A stretch of 64,000 bases of DNA from Paraspadella gotoi (GCA_051294375.1 CM119268.1:16293528-16357527); one strand, 5' to 3'. Positions 43,770 through 61,866 are shown, numbered from the stretch's first letter. Notes: generated by a model not told the origin, from the letters alone. Program-made: numbers and translations.

Positions 43770-45354
43770 TCTCCTCTCTCTCTCCCATCTCTCTCTCTCT
43801 CTCTATCTCTCTCTCCCTTTTCATTCTCACCCCTCTTTTTTTCCTTTCACTCCCTTTCTTTCGTCCTTTGTAAAAGTAGAGGGCTTTTTTTTCATAAATA
43901 TTTATACAGAGATTTTCCCGGGCTAAATCGAGCGCCGAGCTGAGGTCGATGCTTTGAGCTCCCGCTTTATTTTCCCCTTTTAAACTTTTATAAGTTCAAC
44001 TTCGACGTTTAAAACATTTTTTTTTTCTGGTGAGACAAAAAATATCATGAATTCGACCGTGAATGTCGAAAAAAGAGGTTTCAGTAACGGCTTTCTTATC
44101 TTTTATTATTTTTCTTTAATTCAAAATTTAAAATAGTTAATGCGTCTCATTAACGTTTTATTCTCGTCCTCATTTTCGTGTCTTTTGTTTTCGTAGACAC
44201 CGAGAGTATGATAGTATCGATATATCCATTTTTATTATTAGGCAATTTTGTTTTTAGATTTAAATGAGATTATTTATATTTGAAGTTGAGATTTATAAAA
44301 TGGGCTTAATGGCCGCATTTAATTTTCTTAATCAAACATTTGTGATACATTTAATACTTTTGAGTGGCAGAGAAAAAGAGAGACTCTCAAAAGACAAATG
44401 CAGTGATGCCGCGATAATACGGCACGAGGTGCTATCGTTACGCTTTAGGATGTCATTAAAAAGTCGAAACTCGTTTTAGTGAAATTTCGTTTATCATGAT
44501 AGTATGACAAAGAAAAAACCTCATTAATTGGGAAAATTATTTTCTTACAGGAATTTTAGAGATTTTTCATTATCTCTCAACAATAGTTAATTGCCGATTT
44601 CATACATTACAAAAGCGATTCAACTATCGCTTTTAATAGATATCGTGTTTTCTCTAAACCACAACAATAACAAACGATTCGCGCGCCAAACACACGCGGT
44701 GGAAAAAGGAAAAAAGAAACGTAAATCGGGGACGAGGAAGATTTTCCTCGAAAAAAATCGTTAATATCTATCACGACTCTCTCTCTCTCTCTCTCTCTCT
44801 CTCAACGTCTCCCTCTTTTGGCGCTCACTCGCGTTGGTAAACAAACAAACGGAAACTGGAATCCATTTTCTCTTCGGCGCCGAAAAAAAAGAGACCATTT
44901 AAGAAATGGTCATCGCGAGACAGAGACGTCGAGATGGAGCGCCCTCTTCAACTCTTTCTCATACAAGTGATGGTTTTTTGACTTTTCTCCCAATGGCGCT
45001 GACATAGAAATTAGAAAGGAAGTTGAACAAAGGGAAAAAAAAAATTAAGCGACGACTGAGAAATGATTGGTTTTAAAACCGATGGTGACATCAAAGTTAA
45101 TCGGGATGAAATTACAAACAGCTATCCGAGTTAATGACGACAAATGAGTGAAAAGACGTCGGGAATGATTACTACGACGGCATGAAAGTCAACGACGACA
45201 CGAAACGATCAAGACGACGCCGACGACGACGATAAAAGTGACGATGATGACGACGACGACGAAGACGACGACATCGAAGGAAAGAACGAAACGACATCAG
45301 CGAACGATCATAATGGCGACTGTAGAGTGTCGACGGAGAAAGTTTGAGGTAAAT

Positions 45355-45411
<57 letters not shown>

Positions 45412-46326
45412 TAGATTATACTTATAGAGAGAGCAAGAGAGAGAGAGAGAACGAAAAAGTAATTTAGTGTGCAAGAATTTTGAAGGTAAGACTAGTGGAA
45501 ATTGAAGGGAAAACGTGGACAGCAGCCAAGACTGCTGGAGTAATGGCGGCGGCCGCGGCGGCGGGCGAGGGACGAGAATCCTAGTAATTCGACTGAGGAA
45601 GAGAGAGGGAGAACGGAAAAGAAAGAGAGAGAAAAAAAGAATAAAAATAGATTAAGATATGTACTTAGTCTTAGAAGGAGAAAGTTTTAGTTTTCTCAGA
45701 TTATATCAGGAAGTAATTAATGTCTAAAATATCACGCACACAAGAGCGCGTGCACACACACAAAAAAAATGATAATCTTAATGTGTCTGAGACTTACTGT
45801 CTTAATTGTTTTTTTTTTTTTTCAAACTATACGACATTATCGCACGAATTGTCATCCTCGTTGTCATCATGTTAACAGTTGTATTCAGTCATATAACCGC
45901 TGTCCTTGCAGTTGTATGTAGTTGTTGATCTTGTTGTAGTTGTTGCCATCCTCAAAAATTAGAAGGGATTGCAGTAAACGATTGCAGGCGACGAAGCCAA
46001 TGAATTGGAGAACGATAACCATTTGCGTCTTCAGGAAAAAAAAGGAAATGATTCTGGCGAAGAAAGGAAGTACTTTTGTCGCAGTTCTATACCGAGGGAA
46101 AGTGAAGAAAGAATGAACTAAGAATGTTTTTAAAAAATAAACTTTGCATCGATTTTATTAATTAGAAAAAGGTTAATGCCTGTTAAGTTGACTTGATAAT
46201 TTATTCCTTACTGAATAAAATTTTTATTCTGCCAAAACGAAATTATTATGTATTTTCTTCACTTCAAACGGAATCTTTCGCCTCCTGATTAACGACTCTC
46301 CGAATTCGCCTTTCGATCTCTCTCTG

Positions 46327-46395
<69 letters not shown>

Positions 46396-47365
46396 GTCAC
46401 TCTCTCCCTCTCCTCCACCCCAGGCCTCTGGTTGGACGAATTTCGTTTCATTCTGTTAAACTCGTGATGGACGGTTTCCCCGCTTCGGTTCACATTCGTT
46501 TCACATTCCCTTTTAGCGTCCGCCACTTTCACTGGCGCCACCGTCGACCGGTGAGTAATAAGATGAAACTTTTTTTTCATAAACTGTTGTCCGGCGACTC
46601 TCACTAGGGTTCGCAGGGTGCTGGGCATCGAGCGACGTTTGGGATTCTTGGCGAGAAATATTTTAGGATTTAAAAAATTAAATTTTAAAACGTTGGTTTT
46701 TGTCTTGAAAGTTTTCGAAAGATATTTGTTGCGAAAACGGGAAAGTGACAAAGTCAAAAGAGCTCAGCCTGAGGGGTACACTTTCATCGCGCGTGTGTTA
46801 GCCCCAGATTTGGACCGTGAAAATACTTGAATGAGAAAAGCTCGACGTCCGATTGACGAGAAAGCGACATCTGAGACTGAGTCGAGCCTTTACCCTTAAT
46901 TATTAAATTAAGAAGTGGAATAATAGCACCGAGACAATCGGAATAATCTTTGTCTAATTCCATACTTTTTTTCGTTTGCTAAATTGTTTGTTAGATTGTA
47001 TTTTTTTGGATATCTTAGTATACGTATAAGAATCACGGAGATGCCTAAATGTTTTATTTTCAAACTCGGAGAAAACTACCACGAGTTGAACCCTCAATGA
47101 GAGAATACCGTTTTTAAATTTTTTTTTTTTTTTTATTGAATACGAAAAATATCGAACATGAACAATTTGGAAAACGAATTAGTTCGTATAGTCTCTCGCA
47201 AAACGAAATTTAAAAGACGAAATCATTTATGTCTCAAAGAACACAAAGTTAAACTTTAAACAAAAGAAGCAATCCGCCTCAGGGCCACCGGGACGCTGAC
47301 CCGACGCCGCGCCGCCGCAAAGCTGCCCGAACGACGCGCCTCCTCTTCCCCCTCTGCTCATCGAC

Positions 47366-47845
47366 TCAACCCCCTCGAAAGGCGACGATAGCGACTCCGA
47401 CGGCCAGAATCGAAGCGGCGCCAATGGGTCTTAGGACTTCGGCGCCACCGCATAAACCTGACATAGAAAAGGGGTAAGATGGCGCTGTAAGTCAAGTAAT
47501 GAGACTTCATTGTACTTGAGCACCTCTTAATTCTTCAAGAACCACCCCTGTTACCCCATCACGCTCCATCACCCCCCACAAAATACCGTCGTTTTTCAAG
47601 CAGAATCCGCACTGATCCGTGCACGTGTTGTACTGCTTTCCGTCCTCGCTGTTGTAAAATCCCCAACAGCAGGCGTAGGTCTTTTTCCCCGTCGACTTGG
47701 CCATTTGTTTGCAGTAATAGTCAGACTTGCAGTTGTTCACGGTTTCCGGTTGACTCTTTTTCTCGCTTGCTTCGGAGTTCAGCGCCGTCGTAGGCCGCAG
47801 CGTCGCCGCAGTCAGCAGCATCAACGACAACAACAACAACGACAT
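47366..47845 (-). CDS. Small 8-cysteine protein with signal peptide and probable GPI-anchor signal, 116 aa. complement(join(47366..47457,47587..47845))
   Basis: ATG with A at -3 and a hydrophobic leader MSLLLLSLMLLTAATLRPTTA. A 129-nt phase-1 intron (G|GTATTT...ccccttttctatgtcag|) adds an eighth Cys and the tail GGAEVLRPIGAASILAVGVAIVAFRGG*. AATAAA on the minus strand at 47132-47137. Confidence 0.8.
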
Positions 47846-48192
47846 CGTTTGTTATTTTTTTCTTGTGGGAGAGAAAATCTTTCTCTCTCTCGTTCTCTGT
47901 CTCTCTCGGCGCCGTTGTTCTGCGTCTCTCTCTTCTCTCTCTCTTTCTCGTTTCCTCACTCCCAATCCTTCGCTTCTATCGCCCCCGCGTTTTCTTTCCC
48001 GAGACGATGTCACTCCCTCGCGATGTTTTCTCCCTCTCGCTCTCTCTCTCGCTCGCACTCTCGCTAGCACTCTCGCTCGCTCTCTGTCGGATCGAAAGAG
48101 GGGGGAAAACTCGGTAATCCTTCTTATTCCGGCTAAAGCTTCGTAGTAGTAAGACGTTATAACAACGAATAGGCTCTCTATCTCTCTCTCTA

Positions 48193-48273
<81 letters not shown>

Positions 48274-49668
48274 GTTTTTTCTTTTCTTTATAGAAAAAAA
48301 TAATGATATTGAGTCTGAGCTGCCAAAGGCAGAGGAATGAGGAAAAAAATCATTGTTGGTTTTGATAGATAGAGAGTTAGAGAGAGAGAGAGAGATAAAG
48401 ATCGGAAATGTAACCGTGATAAAAAAAATATAGGAAAAGAACGAAAAACGAAAAAGAATGATAAAATATAAAACATATAAGATATCTAGAAAACTAAAAA
48501 AAAAGAAAAAAGAAAAGTGAAATCGTCGACTGCGACGACATTGATGGCAACAGAGAAGATCAACTAAGGATGCCATCAACTAAAGATGCCATCGACGTAA
48601 AAAAAACGTGAGGACGACGAAATCACTGAAAGAAAAATCTCAGCTCTGTTTTTGTACTAAGGCTTCGACTCAGGGGCGTGTATAAATAATATTTATTAAA
48701 TATGACAGGCCCCGTCCCAATATTTTATTAAGCACCCATTAAAATTCAAAATAATTCTCACTTTGGGTGAATGGGTGTAATTTTAATGAGGCATAATATT
48801 AAAATATTAAACGTAAAATTCTTGGATATTGATAATGATCGAAATTGTATTGTTAAAAAGCGATCGGCTGAGGTTTGGTTTTGATTTATTCTTGATAACG
48901 AGGATATAGTGAGTGTCTCCAGCGAATGAATACAGTGAATCAGTACAGCTTTAAAATGTTTAAAACATTTACTGTAGTCGTTGGATCCATTATCTTTATC
49001 GTCATTCATTCCCAATCTACAAAAATCATATAAACATAATAGACTTCTGTAATATAACATGCACTCTATATATCGTGAAGAGACAACCGTCGTATTGAGT
49101 TTAGGGAAACCTAATCCTCGCAAAGTTCAAAGTTCAATTCAGACGTTATTTTCCAAAGTTTGGCCGCATGTGACCTCTTGAAGGGTCGCAGCCATCACGG
49201 CCGTCAGAATCGAGTTCTTGGCAGCCCTTGCATCTCAACTGCTTCTTGCAACGCATTAAAATAACATAATTAAAAATCATTCTCACATAAAATCGGTGAA
49301 ACTATGATAACATTTCTCTAGTTAAAAATAATTTTCTATTGAAATTGAAATGGACGAAAACTACTCTAATCTAGGTTCTTTGTAAAGCATTGCTTTTTTT
49401 TCGTTAAATCGAGCAAGAGCATATTTTTTTCTTAAAATCGAAAAATAAGAAAATATTTTTATTTTCTCATTCTGATTGCTTATTTTGGGTTTTTTTTTTT
49501 TTTTTCGTTTTTATTCTCTTTCTGATTCTTTTTCATATCGTTTTCCTTTCAAATTTTTTGCTTTCTTCGATTTGGAGGCAATTTCTTTACAGGGCAACGT
49601 TGACAACGAAAATAAACAAAAGACGATATTTCTATGAATTACAGATTTCGCCCTTCCATTCTTTTTGT

Positions 49669-49728
<60 letters not shown>

Positions 49729-51732
49729 TATTTCTTTATTTCTTTATTTCTTTCTTTATATCTCTCCATCTTTGGTTATTTCTTTTTTTCCGAGTTACTT
49801 CAACGTTAGGTGTGTTTTAAACAGCTCAAGGCAAAAATAATAATCTTTGAAATCGATTGAAACATCGTCACGATTTTTAGTTTTTCGAGAAGGCAACAAA
49901 TTAGGGTTAGCAGAAAAAAAAACGGGGCTGAAATAACTTTTCTTTTTCAGACATTTTATGCACAAAACTGTGTGTGTTCCGAACAATCCTTTTTCGCACA
50001 ATGGTATCTTAACTTGATTATAGAAAAAAAAAGGTTTTGGAATCATAATCATAAGTCTTCCATTATGCGATAAAACTCAATCTTAACTGAAAAAAAAAAA
50101 ATCTTAAAAAAGTCCAAAATGGAAACTCAATTTAATCTCTTCCTAAACCAACGAGAAATTTTTTTTCGTTAGACCGAAATCGATTTATGGTTTTACATTT
50201 TTTTCCCTTTTTTGGGGGGGGGCTTTTTTGTGATTGGTATAAAAGCAGAGAGTTACTCATGTTGTCAATTTTTTTTTTATATCGTGTTTACTTTTTTAAA
50301 CTTATCGCGATTAGAACGTTGAGGTAGAATATAAACTTTAAACATCATACAAATTAACTAAAATTTCTATCCAGCCTTTCTATCTCCACCGATCCACCCC
50401 CCCAACCCTCTGGGATGGAGGGTCAAATGTCAAAGTCAGACGACGACCCCGAACCCGCGATGCGAAGGGAAATCGATACTCACGGACGCTGGGCGGGTGA
50501 AGGGGCGGTCGAGGGGTGACGGAAGGAAGGTAATGAGAAAAGGGAGGGGTTAATTCGGGAGGGGAGTATCGGAAGACGAAGGGGGGCGCTGGAAAATGAA
50601 GAGGGAAAAATGATTTGAGAAGACGAGAGAAAGTTGATATAATTGTGACTGGCGGAGGCGTTGAAAAGAAAGAGGAGGTGGGAGGAAGAGAGGAGAAAAA
50701 GAGGAAAGAAATGAAAAGAGAGTCGAATCCATTGAGGAATCCCAGTTTCCGAAAACAGATTAGTTGTTGGCTTTAGCTTCGTGCTGTGTCATTTCCTCTA
50801 TGAGGCACATTAGCGAAATGAATGAGATGGACGTTCAGATTACTGTATCAGTGAACACTTTTATCAATGCAATGTTTATTAAGATTTTCATTGCTTTTTT
50901 AATCTGAAAAATTGCCTCTTAGTTTATGAGAAAACGGAGATACGGACAAAGTAAAAAGGATTGGGAAATGAATGAAAAGATGAATGAGGAGAGGAGACCA
51001 AATATTGGAATAGAATATCAATCATTCGGGCCGAAGAATTGGTAAAAGAAGATGTTAAATACATATTGTTATAAATTTTTTAAAAAATATATTTCTTAAC
51101 GTCACCAACAACTACAGTTGATGGTTTTAAATCTGTGAGAAATGGAAGAAAGAAAGAGAAGGGGAAAAGTGAAATTGCGATGCCGCAATATCGGGAGGCG
51201 ACAAATATTTTATTTCGTGTCATTTGAGGAAAGGAAAGAGATATAATTTCCTGGCAGTTCGCTCTTTCCCTCTTTCTCGTAGCCGGTCTGATATCACACC
51301 TCGTTTTAACAACGGGAAGGCTTGAAATTTGTTAACTTTTTATTTTCATCATTTTTTGTTTTAAAACTTTCGCTGGCAAAATTGTTCGATTTTTTTTCCT
51401 TTAATTTTTATTAGTTTTTCTCATTCGTATTTGTTTCGATCTTTTTGATCTTTATTTTTTTCTTCTATCTTTTTTGATCTTTCTTTTTTCTTCTTTCTTG
51501 TTCCCTTTCACAAATTTTATTCACTGCCTCAAGGCTGACCTTCGCTAAAACCCATGAATTATTTTTTTTCGGTGCGTGTAACAATTTTCGTCCCTTTTTT
51601 TTAGGGTTATGATTGCGGTTGTTTGTTCCCGTTCCTGATTTTATTTCATTTCGTTTCCTTCTTCTTCTTTCCTTTTCTCCCCTTAACTTTTCGTGTTTTT
51701 TTTTCTTTAATAAATACTAATTTTCGTTTGTT

Positions 51733-51779
<47 letters not shown>

Positions 51780-51863
51780 ATTTTCCATTTTTTCTTTTTC
51801 TCTTTCATTCTTACTTTCATTCTTACTTTCTTTCCTTCTTTTTCGTTCTTTCTTTCTTTTTTT

Positions 51864-51911
<48 letters not shown>

Positions 51912-52340
51912 AATTCCTTTCTTCCCAGCCCACTTCCTTTTCATCATTGTTTCTCCCCCCCCTCCTTTTTTTTTTGATAAATAATCCCCGTCATTTTCAC
52001 ATCGTTGCTCAGCCTCCTACATTTTCATCAGGTTATTTTTATCTCCCATTTTATTTTCCTTTGCTCCGTTTCCCGCGACCCCTTCCCCCGACTCGACGCT
52101 CGCGAGGGCGAGGAACGTGATGGAGGCGGTAAGGGATGGGTGGGGGAGTGGGTGCGTGAGGATGAGAGTCGAAGAGTGAGATATAGGGTGAGTGGGGTGA
52201 TAGTGCTCGCGCGAAGAATAAGGAGAGTTCAGCGCGGAGAGAAACAGTTTTTTTATGTTTTAATACTTAAGGAAGTGGTCCTTTTATACTAATTAAAACA
52301 CAATTGAAGAAATTATGACGTAACATTTCATTCAAAGTTA

Positions 52341-52506
52341 GGGAGTTAATAAACAAGACGGTGCGAGAGTCTTGATTGAAAGCTTGATTGGTTCTGCTAT
52401 GTTATTATCTTGGAAGAGGGATTGATTTCTTATCCCACCAAAGCCCGCCCAATGTCAGCGAAAAAGATTGCTTATTTATTGAATGAAGGGATAATTTTGT
52501 GTTGGT
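52341..52506 (+). repeat. Interspersed repeat, diverged copy
   Basis: Shares gagagtcttgattgaaagcttg, ctgctatgt.attatcttg, ccaccaaagcc and gcttatttatt.aatgaa.ggataatttt with 60558-60739. Confidence 0.8.
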
Positions 52507-53480
52507 TATATGAAGTATATATTATATTATATCATCGTATTATATAATATTTTGACATAGAGAAAATATTGGCGCCGCTTAAAAAGCGAATGAAAGCATG
52601 ACGAGCATGTTGTCTTGGGTGAACTGTTAATAATTTAAGAAGCTGACTTTGAAAAAGAGTTGGTCTTTTGTATGAAAAGGTAAGAGCGAAATCTCATCAA
52701 AAGTTACTGTTGAAAAAGTAAAAATAAGTAGTAACGTAGTAATGTAAAACTCTGATGAGCAAGGGTGAGAGCGTTGTAACGAGCCGATAGAGAGAATAAG
52801 CATGAGAGTTTTTCAAGATAGAGAGCGAGAGAGAGCGAGAGAAAGCGAAGATGCGCGTGAGGGTTGAGAGGGTGAGAAAGAGAAGACGTGAGAGGCGAAG
52901 TGAGGACGTGTGAGAAAGTGAGAGGGAGTGAGAGGAAAGGACGTGAGAAGCTAGTTAGATTGAAGGGAGGATCGGGAATCCGCATTTACTGCTTCCAGTG
53001 AGAATTCAGAAAAAAGAATTGCATTTGAAGGAATGAATAAAAGGAAAATCGTAAATATGTACTTTAAGTAAAAGAAAAAAAGAATAAAAGAGCTTTTTAA
53101 ATTTTTTTAGCGGAGTTTATGACAAAGAATGTACATAGTACTATTTACAGACCTCGCGCTTGTAAAGAGTTCAAGGAACGAGCAGACTCAAGCCGAATAT
53201 TAATAACGAAAGTGCATCGAACGGGCGCCATCAAGAAAAAAAGAGCAAGCGCAACTTCCGTTTTTTATTCCACGTGTTCCAATGAAATTTGGAAAAGGAG
53301 ATTTCGCCAGTGGTCGCTTCAAACCATCGGCGCGTTCCTTTTGCTTTGCTAAGGAAGCAGGGAACACTGGGATCGTCCTCGAAAACTAGAATAGGGGATA
53401 AATTGAAGGAAAGCCGTGGAAGGTATAAGCTTAAGGTCTAAGTTAAACACCAAAAAAGTTTACTTCTCTTGTTAAATAAG

Positions 53481-53547
53481 ACGAAGGAACGAAGGAACGA
53501 AGGAACGAAGGAACGAAGGAACGAAGGAACGAAGGAACGAAGGAACG
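53481..53547. repeat. (ACGAAGGA)n 8-bp tandem repeat
   Basis: About eight perfect copies. Confidence 0.95.
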
Positions 53548-55068
53548 TTAGATGGTTCTTAACCGCCGTGAAGCATCAAGAGCTCAACGATGTCACATTC
53601 GATGTCTGGCTGAGTAATGGAGAGATCGAAAACGGAAATGAAGAACTTGATGGTGATGGTGCTGGAGTGTTGAGGAAATTAATTGATGCGAAACATCAGG
53701 CTGGCTACAGGGGCAAAATGTTTGAGAATCTCATCTCTCGTAGAAAGCTACGAAGGTAGTTAAACAGGAGAATGAGTTTTTATGTACAATGAGTCACGCG
53801 GGTAATTTTAACTTTTCAAAATGACTCCCGGGATTTGCGCCAGTTTTGTTATTTTTTTCGATCAGTATATTTTTCCTTTCTTTTTCGTTGGTTCCGATAA
53901 AAAGTAAAACAACTTGAAGAATGAAACCTCGTCCGGACTATATTTATACTTGGGAAAGGCGAGCGAGTTGTGGCAGATTGAAGTGAGGCGTCAAATTTGT
54001 GATGGGAGGGAAGAGAAAAGAAATTGGGGAAAGTGAGAATTTGCAAGCTGGATGGGAGAGAGGAAAGAAGAAATCGTGAATTTGCAGTCACGTTGTGGTA
54101 GCCGGTCGTTGCGAAGTGAAAATTGGTAAGTGTGAGCGAAAACTAAAATGAAGTGTGGGAGTTGGAATGGATGAAAGCCAGGGGGGGGTAAAGGAAGTGA
54201 CGGGGGGTGATTATTGTAGCATAGAAAAGTGAGGAAAGAAGGAAGACCATGAAGTTGTGTGGGGTTATGCATAAAGTAGGGTAAGGGGAATTCGGGTAAT
54301 GGAGAAAAAGAAAGAATAAAAAAAAATTGCGCGTCTTAATCGGTTTTTCTTGCGACGTCGACTCAATTTCTTTGTAAAGTTTGTTTATTTTTTTTACAGG
54401 GCGCCATGAATACGGAAAAAATTAGTTGAAACTTAAATCAAATCTAAAACCAACAAAAAATTTGAATTATTTTAGGGATTGTTTATAATTCCTTCTTAAA
54501 ATTCTTCAGTTGGCGAGGGTGATAGAAGCGACTGGGTTGTTCATTGAATGTTTATATTTGATTCTAAACAAAATAGCAACGAATACGATGCCTTTGACAA
54601 GTGTCTCAAATCCCTGGAAAATTGAAGCCGAAGTTCCTCTCAGATTTAAAAAGCGCTCGAGCGGAAAACTTCAGACACAAGAGTTAACTGGTTCAGCGTC
54701 TTGAAAATTTTAATTTTGTTGTACAAAAGTTTAGGAAAATAAAACATAATCAACACAAACTAAAAAATAAAAACAAAAACAAAAAAAGTTTTGTTTTTTT
54801 TTTCCAGCGGCTCGAGTGTGTGTACCAGTTTTCTCACATCATCCCATTATTAATTTATGAGGAAAGGAGGATTATTAAACCGGGCGCGTCTTCCATTGTT
54901 GGCGAAATAACCGTCATTGTAGAGCCGCTTTCAGGACTGTATTCTTAATGGAGCACGAAGGAACGCCGAGCGAAGGAGAGGGAGTGAGAAACACAGAGAT
55001 AGAGAGAGAGAGAGGAGAGGAGAAAGGAGAGAGAGAGAGAGAGAGAGAGGAGAGAAGGAGAAGAGGAG

Positions 55069-55110
<42 letters not shown>

Positions 55111-57755
55111 GGGGGGAAGAGAGAGGGAGAGAGGGGGGGGGAAGAGAGAAGCACCTAATTAAGACTCGAAGGCTTAACTACTCATACGCGAGCGTCCTAC
55201 TGACATTCGAGGGACTGAGGTAATAATAGTAATATTAGAAACGCACTAATGGCGAAACAGAAGGCGAGATTAATGAGGCAAATGCAACTGACAGTTTTTC
55301 TTACAATGGTAATAGCGATAGGAAAGACTTTCTTTTTTTCTTACACACTCTCACTCTCTCTCGTTTGCTTTTCGTAATTACCTTAATTACCTTAATTACC
55401 TGATTTACAAATTTGGTGAAGTTGGCGCGAGATGAATACATTTTTGTTAATCTTACCTCCATTTCGCGATTAAAAATAATCCAATTAGAAAATGATACAT
55501 TTTAGAGCCAACTTTTAAATTCAATATTGCGGCGTCGAAAAAGTTAATACGAGTTTTTTTGGTTTTTTTTAAATAGTTGTTCATTTCAAAACAATTTTTC
55601 GTTTAATATTATTAAAAATTAGAAATTTAAAATATCAAAATTTTCTGTCGTCTTAATCGAAACGAAGCGCGAAACGGGAGTTTCTTCCATCGACTTCCGG
55701 TCTAAAGAACGCGGCGTCGTTCTCTCGCGCGACGCTCCTCTAAACGCGCGTGCAGAGAGAGTTGGAGGAGATGAGCAGAGGAGGATTGAGAGATTGAGAG
55801 AGCAGAGGAGACGAACCGACGATCGGAGAGGAGCAGACGAGAGAGAGAGAGAGAGACCTTCTCGAGCCCGGGAGAACGTGTATTCGCATGAAAGAACGCG
55901 AAGAGGGAAAAAAAAGCTTAGGAAAATGTGAATATGTTTTCCCATGTTACTCATACCAACTCGGCCAAACTTTCCCAAACCCAAAGCCCAAAAAATTCAA
56001 CGCGTTAAATCCTTTTGCATGTTAATGTTTATTCCTTAACGACTTTTACCATGAAATCGTTTAGGCATAAGAGTCGTTCCTCCACTAGCGGTTCCAGTTA
56101 AATTTTTTCTTAAATTTTCGTTGGGGGAACGAAACTCCGAAATGTTGGTTAGGAATGGTTTTTTTTTACAAGGTGAACAAAATATCTACTATTTGTAAAG
56201 AGCTGCTTGCAGAGTAAATGAAATTGAGAAATTATAAAGGCTTGAAATGCTTTTTATTCAAGAACAAAACAATGGTATGACAAGGGTACTAATTATTTAA
56301 ACAAATATAGTAATATCTAGAGTCTAATGTAATAATTTTATCGTTACAATGAACTGTTTTTAATTTAATTTTCTTAAAGATTAGGAGATGGTATGAATTT
56401 TAAGATAAATGGTTCCTTTGTAAATTACAATGATTTACACTAAGTTATTAATTAAAAAGTGTTGCTCGAAAAATATGTTAAAAGTAGAGAACGTAAATTT
56501 ACTTAAATTTTAAATCATCTGATTGTTCCCTTGGATCTCGTTATTTCTGGTACTATTACAATAACAATCCATTTGAAACTAAACAGTTATTATTTACAAG
56601 CTTCTGACAAATTCTATGGTATAACACATTCATGAAGACATGATTAAAAGTTTCATTTACTGACCAAATTAAAATTTAATTCATCTTGTATGCCACTTCA
56701 TCCAAATAAAAAATTATAAACTGGTATTTATTAATCCGCCTTAATAAAAAAAAATCGGGTGATTTATTTTTTGCAGTTTTGTAATTCTCAATTGTTACAC
56801 CTCGAATTAGGTGACTTAAACTTTAACACACGTGTTGATTGTTAGGTTGATTTAACTAAATGGTATAAAGTTTTACCATTTGTGAGTTATACCTCGATAT
56901 TCATGAGTATTACAAACAGTTATTCAAACTCATGAGGAACATTAGTAAAAGTTTGTTTCGGTAGTTGTTGGCTTCTTAGCGAGAAAGAAGTCAAAACTCA
57001 AACTGACAAGATATTATGGAATTATTCTATTGTGTCAAGTAGTGATTGTTAAAAGAAATGTTTTAATTTTATCAATGCTCTTGATAACACAAGGTCAGTT
57101 TTTAGCTTGGATTATCATCTTGAGAATTTTTACCCTGTTTGCCAAAACAATGGAGATAATACTTTTTAAAATGCTACGGTTTGACTGAAGACAAATTTAC
57201 AAATGTATACTACTGTACATAATATTTAATATATAGCGTAAAACATATAACAAAAATTATAAGAAATGGAAAGCAATCAGTTGAAAGTAACTCGCATAAA
57301 TTGAACAATGACTAATATACACTTAGGAAAATAAAAGAAAAACTACGAATTTTTAGTACTCTACGTAATCAAAAATTTTGCGATATTGTCATTTAGGATT
57401 TTTTTACCACATTTACCATCGAAATAAAAACCTAAAATATACTTCATTAATCGGGATTGGCATTGAATTGGTCAAGGATGCAAAAAACGCTGTTTTTTTT
57501 AATTTTACTATCTTGAGACCAATATCATTAAACCTAAGTCAAATTGAAATTCTAGGTTAAGAAAATTATTACTGACACACCCAAGTTAATAGTGCGCTTA
57601 AAATGACTGTTCTTAGAAGCTATTACTATGAATAGTATCAAGTAAACAATAAATACGGAGGAGGGAAAATAAAAGAAATTGGGTGATCGAAAAAGATCAT
57701 ATTTGAATTTAGATAACCCGGTAGAAAAAGATGAGGTTTTTTAATTTCACAGATT

Positions 57756-61742
<3,987 letters not shown>

Positions 61743-61866
61743 CTAAAGGAAAAGAAAGAAGCATTAATTCAATAACAATATTGATTATTTGAGTAGAACA
61801 AAGATTTCTCTTTCGTCGTTGATTTTGTCGAAGTTTTAAAAGAATATAAATTATTTGTAATATCAC

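Noticed and set aside
46517-46550. 34-nt + strand segment with strong ag/GTGAGT flanks, and the overlapping minus ORF 46224-46757
   Set aside because: No partner exons or motif; the frame and strand cannot be decided.
47507-47586. C-terminal extension ILWGVMERDG... of ORF 47507-47845
   Set aside because: Best read as intron, because splicing at 47587 restores an even Cys number and a GPI-type tail.
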